Shown: piece after piece, positions 24,251 through 38,384 of the stretch | How positions within the stretch are numbered: the stretch's first letter is position 1 | Layout of the letters: every line of letters begins with the position of its first letter | DNA from: Octopus sinensis | Lineage: Eukaryota | Assembly (NCBI RefSeq): GCF_006345805.1 | Contig: NC_043011.1 | Span: 19,356,464 to 19,420,463 of the forward strand | DNA: 64,000 nt | Reading direction: 5' to 3' | Position numbers and translations under genes: made by a program | The notes under the pieces: generated by a model | Told to the model about the DNA's origin: nothing | The model's input: the letters and a program-made list of their open reading frames with translations, nothing else | The model's database searches: none

Positions 24251-27007
24251 ACACCATATACGTACGACTGATATCATTAGATCTGCTTTTAATTCGTAAT
24301 ATAATTTTCTCTCACGCTATTTGGATATATCTTCGAGACCGAAGGTGCATTTCGTTTAGAGGTGTGTCGGGTACAAGGCCTCTTCACGACGTTATCTAAC
24401 CCATTCTGTACAGAGCAAGGACTGTTACCTCTTTCAGGTCGACTCTTTCCGATGTTTACTTCGACAGATTCTGCTGGCATAGTATCACTATATTTATATA
24501 GGCTGTGGGTAAACTACATTGTGTCATGTGATATATTAAATGCATCAGTGTGAAATTTAACATATTCGAATACACGGAAACATGGCCGGTATAAGTTTTT
24601 TTTTTTACTTACTGCTGTCATTTAACTGCAGTCTATCTGGAGCACCGCCTTTAATTATTTTACTCGAACGAATCTCCCGAGTACTGATTTATTTTTTCTT
24701 TTGTTGCGTCCTCTGTCGGCTCTCAAGACGAAACGCTAAGCAATGGGGTTGCAGGTCCTCCAATACTGAATGTCAAGCGTTGATCAAGTTAAACACAGTC
24801 TGAAAGAGACACACACGTACACGCAAATGCATACATACATACTTATATATACATACATATAAGTATATATATATATGTGTGTGCGTGTGTGTGTGTGCGT
24901 GTGTGTGTGTGTGTATGCATGTATATGTATACATACATACGAAACATTGTTTCGCACGTATCTATAGTGGAAACCACTTAATGAACCTGCCACACAGTGC
25001 GACGCAACCAGGTACCATGCAATTAAAAAGAAGCTTGTTACCATATCGCAACGCCTGTACACATATATACATATATATATTTACACACACACACACATAC
25101 ACACACACACAAACTTAATACTGGGGATTGAGATATTAAATTTTTGTAGCACTCTAAAATATCAATTCACAAAATAATCTGCTGGATGTTATCAGTGAAT
25201 TTAATTAAATTAACTGGATTTATACAATAGTTTTGAATCCTGTGAATATAATTGTGATAAGGTAGAAGTAAATTATCAGAGCTTATCGATAATTAAGCTA
25301 GAGCTGAAAAATTGCAGAATAAATTGTGTAAGTTTTAAGACGCTTAGTAGAATGGATGTATTTCCTTTTACAATGGCTATAAAAAAACAAGTGTGATATA
25401 TTTAGTATATCACAGTATATCACAATCAATGAGCATCATGAGATATGATTATCATTTATGTGTTAAATGCTGGAAATCAAATGATATCCTTAATATAATT
25501 TCCAACATACTTTTTGTATTTTTACATATACAAATAAATATTCCCTATGAAATATAGAATTCGTAATTAAATTACTCTTAATTAATATGTTATATTATCC
25601 AGTCTGCTTTTAGATAAGATAACTTTTTGTTATAGTTCATGGCTCTTCATGTTCACCAAGTCTGCTGCAGGAGTTGTGAAACTTGCCTTCATATCACAGA
25701 GCAGTCTGGGTTGCTTCGAAATGAGAGACTTTACAAAAGGTACCGAAGGGCCATGTAGTAGTGTTATAAGTGGTCACAAACTATGCCTTTCAACCTAAGA
25801 AAGAAAGGGGTTAGTGAGATGATTTGCACTTAATTAGTCATATTAATTATAGCAAGCGTGCTACACTGATATTTCCATTATTTTGCTTCGATCCTTTGTT
25901 TTTTGTAAGAAGCTTTGTAAATATTCTACACCCAGTTAAATGCCTTATGGTTGCATAGTACATTATAGTTAGCGTATTCCTTATTTCATAAGCAAACTGA
26001 TAATTATATATATATCATGGCATTCATACGTCCATCGTTTCAAAGCATAGGGTTTCTAAGTTCATTTCTATGTAACATTGCTCTAAATTGCCTATGCATA
26101 TATATCAATTAATTCAATGTTCGTAGTAGGAAAATTGCAAATACTACAAACGAAGATTCCTTTATAATATTCGCCTATCTTTCAGAAGAATGATCCCGTT
26201 TAAATTTAACTTGAAGGTTAAAGTTTCGCTTAAAATCAAATTTTGTGCTTCTATCTAATCTACATTTCACATGGAGATTTGCTACTGTTGTTACAGTCTC
26301 CATATAATATGTAGATTCAAAACAAGAATATATCATGCGTCCATGAATTTTATCTTTTAAGCAATCACATGTATTTCTCATTAGTTTCTGTTATTCAAAT
26401 TCAGTAAGAAATAATTATGGAAAACATGTATGAGTATTTTTGTTGATGTCTATTAATTATAAATTAATAATTAAAGAAAAATAATTGCGAAGTAAATGTC
26501 TTCAATTGATTTGCCAATTCTTATGCTTTTCATATCTTCAAGTGGGGATGCATTTCATTAAATTATCTCTATTTATAATACCAAATTAATTCATCAATTG
26601 CATTTTGAAGTTTGTATATTTATATAAGCCGGAATAATCTATCAGGATAAATTATCATCCCAATATATGCACACTAGCACAGAAATACAGTAGTTGAACA
26701 GTAATTACATTATGAAATAAAAAGTAGTTACGAAAATGAAATATAGAATTTATTCATATTTACAATGAATCTGTTTTAATTATTTTAATTAATTTTTTCG
26801 TGAATCGAATGTGATGCCGGAATGATTTATTTCATAAACATCTACTTTTAGAAACGAATTTACTTATTTGTGGCTAAATATATATATATACACAAAGCGA
26901 CTAAAGTTTAGTGAAACGCTATGTGTATGTGTGTGTGCGTGCGCGCGTGTGTGTGTGAGTGTATGCGCGCGTGTGTGTGTGCGCACGCGTCTGTGTGTAT
27001 GTATTTC

Positions 27008-27260
27008 TATTTATATTGTCGAAAACAGTTTGATTTGGATTACGTACTACTTCGAATTTTGAAGCCCTTAACGGAACCTCTTGTCGAATAAAAAAGGAGA
27101 TGCAGTTTGCAATGGAGAGACAACCACCGCCGTAATCACTCACCAGTAGCCATCATCGACTTCCCGCATCTCCCCGTTCATTCGAATTCTGACCGGCATG
27201 GGGCTTCGAAACTTGGAATAGTAAAGATTTCGAATCAAACTGTTTTGAACAATACATGTA
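27008..27260. mobile_element. MITE with ~60-bp imperfect TIRs, TA at both ends
   Basis: aaaacagtttgatt (left) vs aatcaaactgtttt (right); gaagccc vs gggcttc at the inner ends. Confidence 0.6.
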
Positions 27261-28898
27261 ACTCCCAATAAATGTGTTGAATGCCCCTTTGTTTCGTTTG
27301 CCCACTCAGCCATATATATATGAGTGTGTGTGTGTGTGTGTGTGTGGTGTGTGTGTGAGTGTGTGTGTATACATATATATATATATTTATATATATATAT
27401 ATATATACACATATGTATATATATATATATGTGTGTGTGTATTTGTGTGTGTTTATAGAGATACATAGATATTAGAAATAATTTCTAATATTATATATTG
27501 GAAATAATGCACTAAAACGCCTCCGAATGTGTGTTAAGTCAGAATAATTAGAGACGACTTACTCAAACTTAAGTGTGAGACTTTGAAGCAAATTCGTTTG
27601 AACATTGAAAACATATAATGAATATATTTCCAGTACCTTTGTACATTATAAATGTTTGAATATAAATTATATATTTTATGAATTGCTAATCCATTACTCT
27701 AAATAAGTTAATAAATAGTAATTATGTTTGCTTTAGTACTGTATTGATGATATAATATTAACGGTATTTAAATATGTTTAGTTATTGTCATATTAATCGA
27801 AGAGTCGTATGATTAGCTGCACTCAACTCGAGCTTATATCCTTTCACAGAGTTTCTAATGGCCTACTTAGAACAAAATGTCCATTTTGTTAAACACAATA
27901 GTGCGATTTGAGATATATCACTTCTTTCATTTCGAGCTATCACCAATTCGACTAATCTCAATGGAGCTGGGTTGGTACTGGTCTGTACATTAAACACGAA
28001 AATAAGTATTTCATCTTTTGTCATTTGTGGTGTGAAATTTATTTGTTAAACACTGATAACTTTTAAAGACACGTTAGACTGTAAACAGATAAGAGCTACG
28101 TAGAAAATTTCTTATACACACACAGATTGCTTATCTACGATATGTGAACTTTACATTACTAGGAAGCTATGATATCAACCATTGTTTAAGGAAGACGCCT
28201 TAACCCTTTCAGAGCAAGATTAAATTTCCTTGTATTTTCAATAAAATTTTGAAAGTCAAGCTGCGAAATAAACATGAGATATCTCAGAAAATATTCGCAA
28301 CAATGACATTCCTCAATAAAACGTATAAAAATCTGCATTTCACAGTTAAGGGTAAATCAATTTCAAATGGATTTATCTGTTTCTTCGGTAAAAGTGACAA
28401 TATTAAATATAGCATTCTCGCCTTTCGTTTGTCATAGATGGTCTATCCCGGGGAATGTGACATTTTTATCATTTAGTTAAAGAATGAAATGGTGAGAAAG
28501 TTGTTTGAGTGCAAACTCTTGTTGGTGTATTCGATGCTGAAGGAAGAATGAGATAAAGGTGATTGCTTATAGAAGACAAATACCATCTAAATTAGTGATA
28601 GTGCATTCAAGAACATTGTACATACCAAATCATACATACTTTGGGAGATAAATATCCCCTGTTATGTTAGATAAAATAAATAGCAACCAGCACATTCCAG
28701 GCGACATGTCTACGACTTGAAGAAACACTATTGGTGATATACCAAACTTTATTTCTCGGAACACATTCCACATTATTCTTGCTCCATGAAATTTTGTTCA
28801 AACAAATTGAGATTTTAATGAAACTATTTGAACTGGATTTGTAACGTATTATATAGAACAATATGTACAAACCGCAGAGGACAAAAGATTTCGGTAAA

Positions 28899-29267
28899 CC
28901 AGATTCATAACCACTGCGTGGTACCTTGGGCAAGTGTTTTCTAATATAGCCTCGGGCCGTCCAAAGCCTTGTGAGTGGATTTGGTAGATGGAAACTGAAA
29001 GTAGCCTGTCGTATATGTATATATGTATATGTATGTGTGTGTATATATTTGTGTGTCTGTATTGGGACCCCAACATTGCTTGACCACCCATGGTGATGTG
29101 TTTTTGTCCCCGTAACTTAGCGGTTCGGCAAAAGACACCGATAGAATAAGCACTACGCTTACAAAAAATAAGTCCTAGGGTCGATTTGCTCGACTAAAGT
29201 CGGTGCTCCAGCACGGCCGCAGTGAAATGACTGAAAGAAGCAAAAGAGTAAAAGAGGAAAGAGTAAA
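28899..29267 (+). mobile_element. SINE family B, 5'-truncated
   Basis: ccactgcgtggtaccttgggcaagtg...cggtgctccagcacggccgcag...aagagtaaa. Confidence 0.85.
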
Positions 29268-30249
29268 GTGTGTGCGTGTGTGTGTTTGTGTGTGTGTGTG
29301 TGTGTGTGTTTCTGAATAGATATACACATTTCTTTACACTTACAGATATGCATGAAATTCATGCACATAGATTCTGTTATCTACACTATACACATATGTG
29401 TATGTACACATACGCACGTATTATATTCATATATGTAAAGTTTTTATATATATGAATATAACAAACTAAATACGTGTACATATGTGTGTGTGTGTGTGTG
29501 TGTATGTCAGTTAGATCGTGTGCATATTCGTGACTGTGTCCTTATGAGTGTGCTTCATGTGCTTTCGTACAAACGTCTGTATGTCTTTATATGTATGTAC
29601 ATGTTTGTGTGAGTTGTCTTGCATGAGATGTATTACTACAAAATAATATGCTTCGTTTCTATTTTTCAGATATAGTTGCATTTTACTGGAGGCATTGTTT
29701 GTAATTAACAGTAAGATTTGTGTTGAAAATAAACCATTTTTCATCCTGAACAGATTTTGTATTTTCCTTGTCTTCTATCCCGATGCTAAATGCTTTTAGA
29801 AAGCTATTATAACGTTGGATGGAATTCACACAATAAATCTCTAAGTAATATTTTTAATAATACCTGTGTGAACTCGATTGTAAACGAAAGGGCAATATAT
29901 GTTAGTCTAGTTATAGGAGAAATAAGGCAATCTCGATTTTGATTTTGGGAAAATGGAACAAGAAATAGAGTTTCTTTTTATGTAATTTTTCTTTTGTTCT
30001 GTTACACCCCCACTGTTGTGACCGGATTTACTGTGGTATTTTTTTGTGGGTACAAAGATTATCTGAGATATTTGTAGACATATTTATATATAAGCAAGAA
30101 ATATCTTAACAATAATCTAATACGTTAATGTATTTCGATTTGCTGTTAGTGCATCAACTGCATATTTTCACATGCCTTATTGAAGATATTAGGCCCAGAG
30201 AAATAATATATTTTTGTAGATTTCCTACAAAATTCAGAGCAATCACTGT

Positions 30250-30557
30250 AAGTTATGACTCTTCGTAGTCAAACACGTATATGTAAACAATGGGATCGCT
30301 AACAGTAGAAATATATATAAAGAAGAAAAGATGTAATAATTTTACATATATCGCAAATACAACATAAATAGTTTTGCATCTGTCGAACGATCTAAGTGGT
30401 GTTTCACAAAGAGAAAATAGAGTAAGCGCAAGAGGACAGAACGGACGTAGCAGGAGCGTGACCAGTGTTGTCAAGAGTAGAGCGAAAAAGAACGACACCG
30501 CTTTTTGAGAGAGGGAGATAGGAGACGACAGAGAGAGAGGGAGAGAGAGAGAGAGAA

Positions 30558-30615
<58 letters not shown>

Positions 30616-30990
30616 AAGAGAGAACGAATGAGCAGAGTAAGAACTTGAGAGAGAGAGGGAAAGTCAAACGAGGGCGGGAAGAGAGGGTAAGGATGGAGAA
30701 AGAGAGTAAGATTAGGGGTGGGAAAATAGAGTATAAGGGAAAGAGTGGGAGATAGAATGAGCAAGATTAGTGGTTGAAAAGGTTAAAGTAAGAGGGAAGG
30801 AGGGGAAGACAGAGACTGAAGGAACGAAAAAGAAAGGGGGACAGAGGGAGAAAGGGTGGAGTTCGTGTTAAGAGTGGTACATAAATTTTGAAGGAATATT
30901 TACAATAAAATAAACAAATGACGTGCCTTGCGCTACATGGATGTATCAAGGGTTGAACAGAGAGAATATAACAAGGAGAAAAGTTAGACA
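30250..30990 (-). mobile_element. Non-coding PLE-like repeat, copy 1 of an inverted pair
   Basis: 30310-30506 is the diverged reverse complement of 31731-31925; 30905-30990 is that of 32150-32250. Confidence 0.6.
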
Positions 30991-30997
30991 AAAACGT

Positions 30998-31256
30998 TTT
31001 GTGCTCTATCTTGAGCAAGACACTTTATTTCACGTTGCTCCATTTCACTCAGCTGTAGAAATGAGTTGCGACGTCACAGGTGGCAAAAAGTATCGGCCTT
31101 TGCCTTTCCCTTGGATAACATCGGTGGCGTGGAGATGGGAGGCCGGTATGCATCGGTGACTGGTGGTCTTCCATAAACAACCTTGCCCAGACTTGGGCCT
31201 GGGAGGGTAACATTCTAGGTGCAATCTTATGGTCAGTCATGACCGAAGAGAGTCTC
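30998..31256 (+). mobile_element. SINE-like fragment, family D (no head)
   Basis: cttgagcaagacactttatttcacgttgctcc core resembles SINE central domains; GC-rich body distinct from its flanks. Confidence 0.5.
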
Positions 31257-31259
31257 AGC

Positions 31260-32260
31260 ATTCCTTGATTGTTTTTGTGCCACTCAGGCCTACATCCTCT
31301 CTCTCCTTCATTTTCGTTCTCTCTCTCCCCTCTTTCCACCCATAATCTTACTCTCTCTCTGTCTCCCTCTCTTTGCTTCTTCATTACTTTTGTACCACTC
31401 AACTCTATCCCCCTCCTTCTTCTGTCACCTTTTTTATTTTCGTTATCTCTCTCTCTCCCTTCTTTCATTCTTATTCTATCTTTTTCCACCCTTAATCTTA
31501 CTCTTTCTTTCTCCATCCGCATTCTCTCTTTCCGTCCTTTCTTGCCTCTTGGACACCTTCCCCCTCCCTTTCTCACTCTACTCATTCGTTCTCACTCTCT
31601 TTCTCTTTGTCATTTTCTCTCTGTTTCTGCCTCTGCTCTTCCGTTCTCTCTCTCGCGCTCTCTCTCTCGGTCGCCCCCTCATTCCCTCTCTCAACATTTC
31701 CTTTTCCAAACCACGTAATTAGTTCCCGGTAAAAGCGGTGTCGATTTACGCCCTACCTTTGACTATACTGGTCACGCTCTTGCTACGTCTGTACTGTCCT
31801 CTAGGACTTACTCTACTTTCTCTTTGCGCAGCCCTACATAGTTCGTTCGACAGCTGCAAAGCTCTTTTTGTTGCATTTATGATATATGTATAATTACTAC
31901 TGCGTTTTTCCTCGTTTGTATATAGCCATAAGGCTTCGTGCCGTTATATATGCATAATACGTTGTCTGTTGTATTTATATAATGTATTTTACCTAATTGC
32001 TTCGTAAAAGTACTCGCGCCTGCAAAATTGAACAGTATCAACGGTAACTGGCGTGAAACTGTTATGGCGCTTTGTATCTTTGACTGAAGATGAAAACTCA
32101 GCTGAAAATCTTCTGTGTCTTATTGATTATTTCCTGTTTACTCTTCTTTCGCCAGACTTTTCTTCTTGTATTCTTTCTGTTCAGGCCTTGACACATCCAG
32201 GTACCACAATGCATATCACCTGTTCACTTTATATATATTCTTCTTTTATTCTTTTAAATA
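31260..32260 (+). mobile_element. Non-coding PLE-like repeat, copy 2, with weak hammerhead-like motif
   Basis: Pyrimidine tract, shared block, then CTGAAGA...GAAA at 32084-32107 (stems poorly paired). Confidence 0.55.
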
Positions 32261-32269
32261 TTTTAGTTA

Positions 32270-32455
32270 TTTGACTGCTGCCATGCTGGAGCACTGCCTT
32301 TCGTCGAAAAACTCGAACTGAAGACTTAGTCTTTGTAAATTTAGTACTTATTCTATCGGTCTCATTTGCAGGACCGCTTGCTTAAGGGTATGTAAACACA
32401 CCAACATCAGCTGTCAAGCCATGGTGGAGGAACAAACACAGACACAGAAATATGT
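32270..32455 (-). mobile_element. SINE family B, 3' half
   Basis: gccatgctggagcactgccttt...tctatcggtctc...gtaaacacaccaacatc. Confidence 0.8.
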
Positions 32456-32476
32456 ATACCTATACACACACACACA

Positions 32477-32507
<31 letters not shown>

Positions 32508-32535
32508 TATATATATATATTATATATATATATAT

Positions 32536-32567
<32 letters not shown>

Positions 32568-32575
32568 AAAAGAGG

Positions 32576-32696
32576 ATCCAGTCTCACTTCGTGGCACCTT
32601 AGGCAAGTGATTCTACTATAGCTTCGGGCTGACCAAAGATGTGTGAGTGGATTTGGTAGCGGAAACTGAAAGAAGCTGGCCGTATATATATATATA
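32576..32696 (+). mobile_element. SINE family B, 5' half, ending in the (TA)n that holds the mariner
   Basis: gtggcaccttaggcaagtg...ggaaactgaaagaagc...(ta)n. Confidence 0.75.
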
Positions 32697-33967
32697 CGAG
32701 GGACGTTCAATAAACAATGCCCCTGACCCACTTGCCGTTGTATGATCTAGCTGAAATTTTGCATGTGCGCTTATTTATACCTCTATAGATTAAGTAGCGA
32801 ATTACAGCTCTGAACTAATTGTGGTTTCTGATTTACAGGTGTTTGAACTGAGTCAAGTGTGAAATGGAGCCTGTTGAGTGTCGAGCAGTGATCTGGTTTT
32901 TGTATTTGAAAGGACGCACACCACGGGAGACTTTTGATCAAATGAAAGTAACTTATGGTGATGATGCCCCATCATATGACCTTGTAAAACGCTGGCATTG
33001 TGAATTCAAACATAGTCGGAACTCTGTGGAAACAGCTCCCAGATCTGGTCGCCCCCTTCTGCCGTTGATGAGACGTCTGTCCGTCAAGTTGAGGCTGCCA
33101 TTTTGGAAGGTCAACGCATAACTATTCGCCAAATAGCCTATAAGGTCAAGATTAGTACCGGGTCTGTGGAAACTATCATTCATGACGATTTGCATATGCA
33201 AAAGGTGTCTGCCAGATGGATTTCCGGGTTGCTCACACCTTTCCAGAAGCAAGAACGCGTTGAGTGCTCGAGGATGAATTTGGAGATGTGCCAAGAAGAT
33301 GAGTCAAAATTTTTCAAAAGACTGATCACACAGGATAAAACCTGGGTCCATCACTATGATCCATAGACCAAAGCCCAGTCAATGCAGTGAAAGCACCGTG
33401 ACTCACCTCCTCCAAAGAAGGCAAGGGTGCAGCCCTCCGCTGACAAGGTCATGCTCACATTCTTCTGGGACCAGAACGGAGTAGTGATGACAGATTCCCT
33501 GGCAAAGGGTACCACAATTACAGGAGCCTATAATGCTTCACTTTTGAGGAAATTAAGAGAAGCTATCAAAATCAAGAAGCGGGGCAAGATCAGCAAAGGC
33601 ATCCTCCTCCTGCAGGACAACGCTCCGGTCCACAACTCGCGTGTCGCCAGATCAGAAGCACAGGCGTGCAGCTATGAACTCCTCCCCTTGCACCCTCTGA
33701 TTTTCACCTCTTCCCAGCAATGAAGTTGATTTTTTGAAAGGAAAGCGTTTCCAGATGATGCAGCCTTGATTTCTGAAGTCACGTCGTGGTTGGAGGACCA
33801 AGCTGGGGTATTCTACAAAAACGGTCTCCAAAGCTGTATCAAACGATGGGAGAAATGCATAACTCTGGGTAGTTCCTATGTAGGAAAAGACTAATAACTG
33901 TGCCAAGTGTCGTTGCTCTACTGCTATGGGAAGTGGGTCAGGGGCATTAATTATTGAACGCCCCTCG
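32697..33967 (+). mobile_element. Full-length (1271 bp) mariner, inactive transposase
   Basis: About 40-bp TIRs cgagggacgttcaataaacaatgcccctgacccactt / aagtgggtcaggggcattaattattgaacgcccctcg, TA flanks; HTH MEPVECRAVIWFL, ITQDKTWVHHYDP, LLLQDNAPVH; YSPDL segment deleted, frameshift and stops. Confidence 0.95.
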
Positions 33968-33978
33968 TATATATATAT

Positions 33979-34027
<49 letters not shown>

Positions 34028-34046
34028 ATATATATATATATATATA

Positions 34047-34089
34047 CCAGATCTGGCTTTGCATAAGAATGCTTTGCCTTCATCAGTGG
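34047..34089 (-). ncRNA. Possible hammerhead relic lacking GAAA
   Basis: Minus strand cca CTGATGA A GGC aaa GCAT tctt ATGC aaa GCC agatc tgg; stem II and 3-bp stem I pair. Confidence 0.3.
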
Positions 34090-35125
34090 AATACACTCAG
34101 ATAGCACATGAATACAAATGTATATATGTGTGTGCGTGTGTGTGTGTGTGTTAGTATTTGAAACTTTCTACAATTTTATATTTCCACTATAGTCAAATTA
34201 CTCTTTCATAAGGCAAAGTTATTTGCATATAGTTTTATGGAAATCGATGATGCTTAGATAACTGCACTTCTTTATTTTCACCCAAACCTTATTTCAGATT
34301 TTAAAAATATATATTTCGTACGTATAAGCATGAGCTACTTGATAATATTCCTTAGATTAAGAGATTCGTTACAGGAGGTTAAATATTTCCCCGTCGTCGA
34401 CATTTTGTTTCGTTTTTTGATAGATTCTAATGATTACTTGTTCTTGCGGCTAGAAAAGAAAATGTTGGCGTGTGGTGTTAATTACAAAGATATCAGCCAT
34501 TTTATATTAAGATGATTAACACTAATCTCATGCTGTTATTAATAAAATACGAATATGCTCTATAATTCTAGGGAAGTTGGCGGTCAAAAACATAATATGA
34601 TATATTAGTTGGAAAATATACAGAATAATCTATTACATAACTCTGCATTTTCTCCCATTTAATACATAAGTTATATTGGAAAAGATTCACTCACGTTTAC
34701 GTCTCTCAGTTTTATAAAGGAAGCACCAGATTTTAATCACCAAAACATCTAAGAATATTTTGAGAGTAAACTTTACACTTCTCGGATTTGGATGCTAAGA
34801 AAGATCTTGCATATGTTAAGAGTGTCGATATACAGCCAATCGTAGCTAATTGCGTTTCGAAATTTCTTCTTTACCTTTTTAAATACGACAGGTATTCATT
34901 TTAAGTAATAGTAAAATTTTGTCGATAAAGGTAAATACATCTTTAAAATATTTCCGGATGAAATGAACATTCTATCTTTGCTATGGTATACTTGAAGTTT
35001 CTCTAGATAAACCTATCTGCCTGTGTGAATTCAATCATTTTCCCATATTTATTTCTTTTTCTTTTAGTGAGGACTGATACAATTTCATACTCGCAGTTTA
35101 TGCATTGTAAAATTTTATATATATA

Positions 35126-35171
<46 letters not shown>

Positions 35172-37922
35172 TACCTCTCACTACCTTGATGGTTGAGTCA
35201 TTCCTAGGTGATATGAAATAAATTCAAGTAGGGATGGTATATCTATTTATATTAGCATAAATTTATTTCACCAGATTATATACAGTTACTCTATTTTCTA
35301 TTGTGTCACAGTTACCAATCGATTTGCCCGCTTCAATATGTTCCAAAAAAGAAGTATGGAAATCACTCTAAAAAGTGGCATCGGCTGCAGATGTTGATAT
35401 TAGTTAGTCCCCAAGGGCAACGTCCCTAATTAAGTAGATTGGCAGTCAAATGTGTGTTATAACACCCGTAAGTGCGAGATTTTAAAATAAATAATTGCTC
35501 TTTGGACATATTCTTTTATGTGCGATCGAATTAATACATTAACCTTACTAACTGTACCCCGAAGATTATATTGTGTTTTTGATGCATTTATGAAGGAAAT
35601 ACTCCGAAGGAATTTTCACATAGAAACTAAACAATTTAAAAGAAGATAATTCAATTCATTATCATATAAAGACAAACTATTTTGGCCTCGCATCAGTTTC
35701 GACATCTTAGGACTTTGTGCTTATGCCCATAAATACATACATATACATCTTCTCTTCCTTAAAGACTTAAATCCTGATAAGGTAGTAATAGGGTACTAAA
35801 CTCATGCAAAATGAGTTGTCTCATTCAATTGATTTTAAAAGATCCTGCTGCACTGGGGAAATATGCAAGAAGATATGTTGTCGATGCTGATGTCTACTCT
35901 GGGGCATTTTGAAATTGATGGAGTCTTCAAGTCTAAACAAAATTTATTTCATCCAGAGAAAATATAAATAGAGGAAGAGAACAAGAACAAGAATAAGAAG
36001 ATCACTAGCAACGAGAACAACAACAACCACAACTTCAACAGATTGTCCATGAACTTGAATGAATCTGAAAGGATGAAGTATAATATTCGCCTGAATCTCG
36101 CAAGGCGATCTATGCGACGTCTTAAGCAAACAAATACACACAAACATACGCAAACATTCACAAACATACTCACATAAGTACACGCATAGGAATTCATTCA
36201 CATACATATTCAAACGTTTGGTCTCTGATTACATCTCTTTCTATGCGATTCTTTCTTTGCGGCGGTTGTATGATTATAAATGTATAATTTGAATAATGTG
36301 TTGATAGTCTCGTTATATTTAATGTATTATGAATTGTGTTATAAAAAAAGATAAACTAAATTAGAGTAATCATCAAATTGTTTTGCTTTGAATTAATCAA
36401 TAAAAATTATTTGTCATGTCTTTGAAATATATTTGCTGAAAATAGATGCAATTTATAAATTGAATGCATTAATATTGTAAATTGGATTATACACACTCTC
36501 TTGATGGATTACTCGATTATTAAAAATAAATCCAGAAAGAGACATCCAGCTATTCTCGTCTATTAAATTAGAAACCTTATATACTGTATTACAACACAAT
36601 AAAATTCCAGTGATTTTGGATATGTCTAAATACAGTTGTCCTACTGCAAAAAGTATACAGTTAGTGTTACACTTTAAGTATTTTACTAACAAACAGAACG
36701 AAGGAGGGGTATCCCATCAACAATCAGGAAACCCCAATTTTATTCTATTTCAGTTGTTCCAAACGATCCCGTAATATTGCAACTGTATTTCACTAAACTT
36801 AAGACACATAACTCGCTTGATTTTATGCATTAGAGAGAATATAAGTAGCAGAGGAAATTTTGCTGTGGAATATGTGCTTTTCTTCTTTCAGTCGCTACTC
36901 CACACCTCTGACTGATATTGTGATCTTCGGATACTTGTGTTATCTAGCTGCAATAAATCGCAACATTACTAACTACTATTGCCGATGTCATTCACTAACC
37001 CTTTTCAATTAGTTGCAAAGAAACATTTAAGAGAATTGTATACATTTGAAAGTGCGTGATGTGTTACTTTCTCATACCGCAAAATGTATCACCCATTACA
37101 AATTTATTACTATAAGATAGCTATTCTTAAAGGAAAATTTTTAATGAATTCTCGGTCCTTCAGAATGTTAGAACCAACAAGGCACACAAGTAGATTAAAC
37201 ATGTAGCGTTACTTCATCTAGTTCATAGCCTCAGTTTGAACAAATTGCATTCAAGAAATGCAACCAAATCACTAAGCTCACACCTTAATACGTTAAGTGA
37301 ATGGATATGCTTCTTGTATAACGTAATCTACAGGGAAAGACAGACTTTCCACGTTCTAACTATTTTATCTTAGGTTAAAAAGATTAGATATATCGTTGGT
37401 CAAATTAGAAAGATTTTGGCAGGGTATTGTTCATATGTACGTATTAGATATTCCGCAGATGAAAATACATCATGATGTCGTTCAGGATTTGAAGCAATAC
37501 AACATTTGTGCTTGTAGATGTGCTGACTATCATGTCTGTAACACGTGGAATGTGTCATATTTGAAACTTCCTGACTTTTAAATAAATTGAAAAACCATAG
37601 GAATTTTAGAAGTCAAGACAGCTACATTCCATAGCAGATGGTATAAATTCAAATTGCATTGCGTTCTTGTAAATCCTAACTAAACATTTTATCCCAGAGG
37701 CCATACTTTCCTTATACGTTAAATTATAATTCAGCAGAGATTTAAACCTGATATTGTGTATAAACATGTGCGTAAGTGGGTGTGCCTGTGTGTATATGTA
37801 TAAGCGTAGTATATAAATGAAGATATGTGTGTGTGTAGCTACATGCACATGCACATACACACCGACGCATCCACATCTCGCTACGGATATTGGCTAACGG
37901 GAGTGATTTAGACTAAAATCTC

Positions 37923-37977
<55 letters not shown>

Positions 37978-38309
37978 CAAGCTTCTTTCAGTTCCCGTCA
38001 ACTAAATCCGTTCACATGGATTTGGTAACCCGAAGGTCTAGTACGATGTATATATATATATTTGAATATAAAGGGATTGGTCTGTCACAGGGATGTATTT
38101 TATCCGATTGTACACCAGCTTAGCTCCATATCGATTTCATTAATTTTTGTTAGTATTTGTATTAACACTTATTATATTCCAGCCGTCATTATAGATGTTT
38201 TCATCCATTCCTTATAGAAGAACAGAATTTGAATAACATATTCAACACGTAAGAAGTAATATATTGGTTAAATAAATTAGACAACAAAAAGAGTAAAGTC
38301 TTATACAAA

Positions 38310-38378
<69 letters not shown>

Positions 38379-38384
38379 CTAATA

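Noticed and set aside
25630-25815. Strong minus-strand acceptor ctaacccctttctttcttag
   Set aside because: All three frames stop within seven codons and no partner exon was found.
28200-28355. piggyBac-like TTAA-CCC start
   Set aside because: Right end lacks a matching TIR and TTAA.
31049-31722. 149-178 aa ORFs on both strands
   Set aside because: Products of a purine/pyrimidine low-complexity tract.
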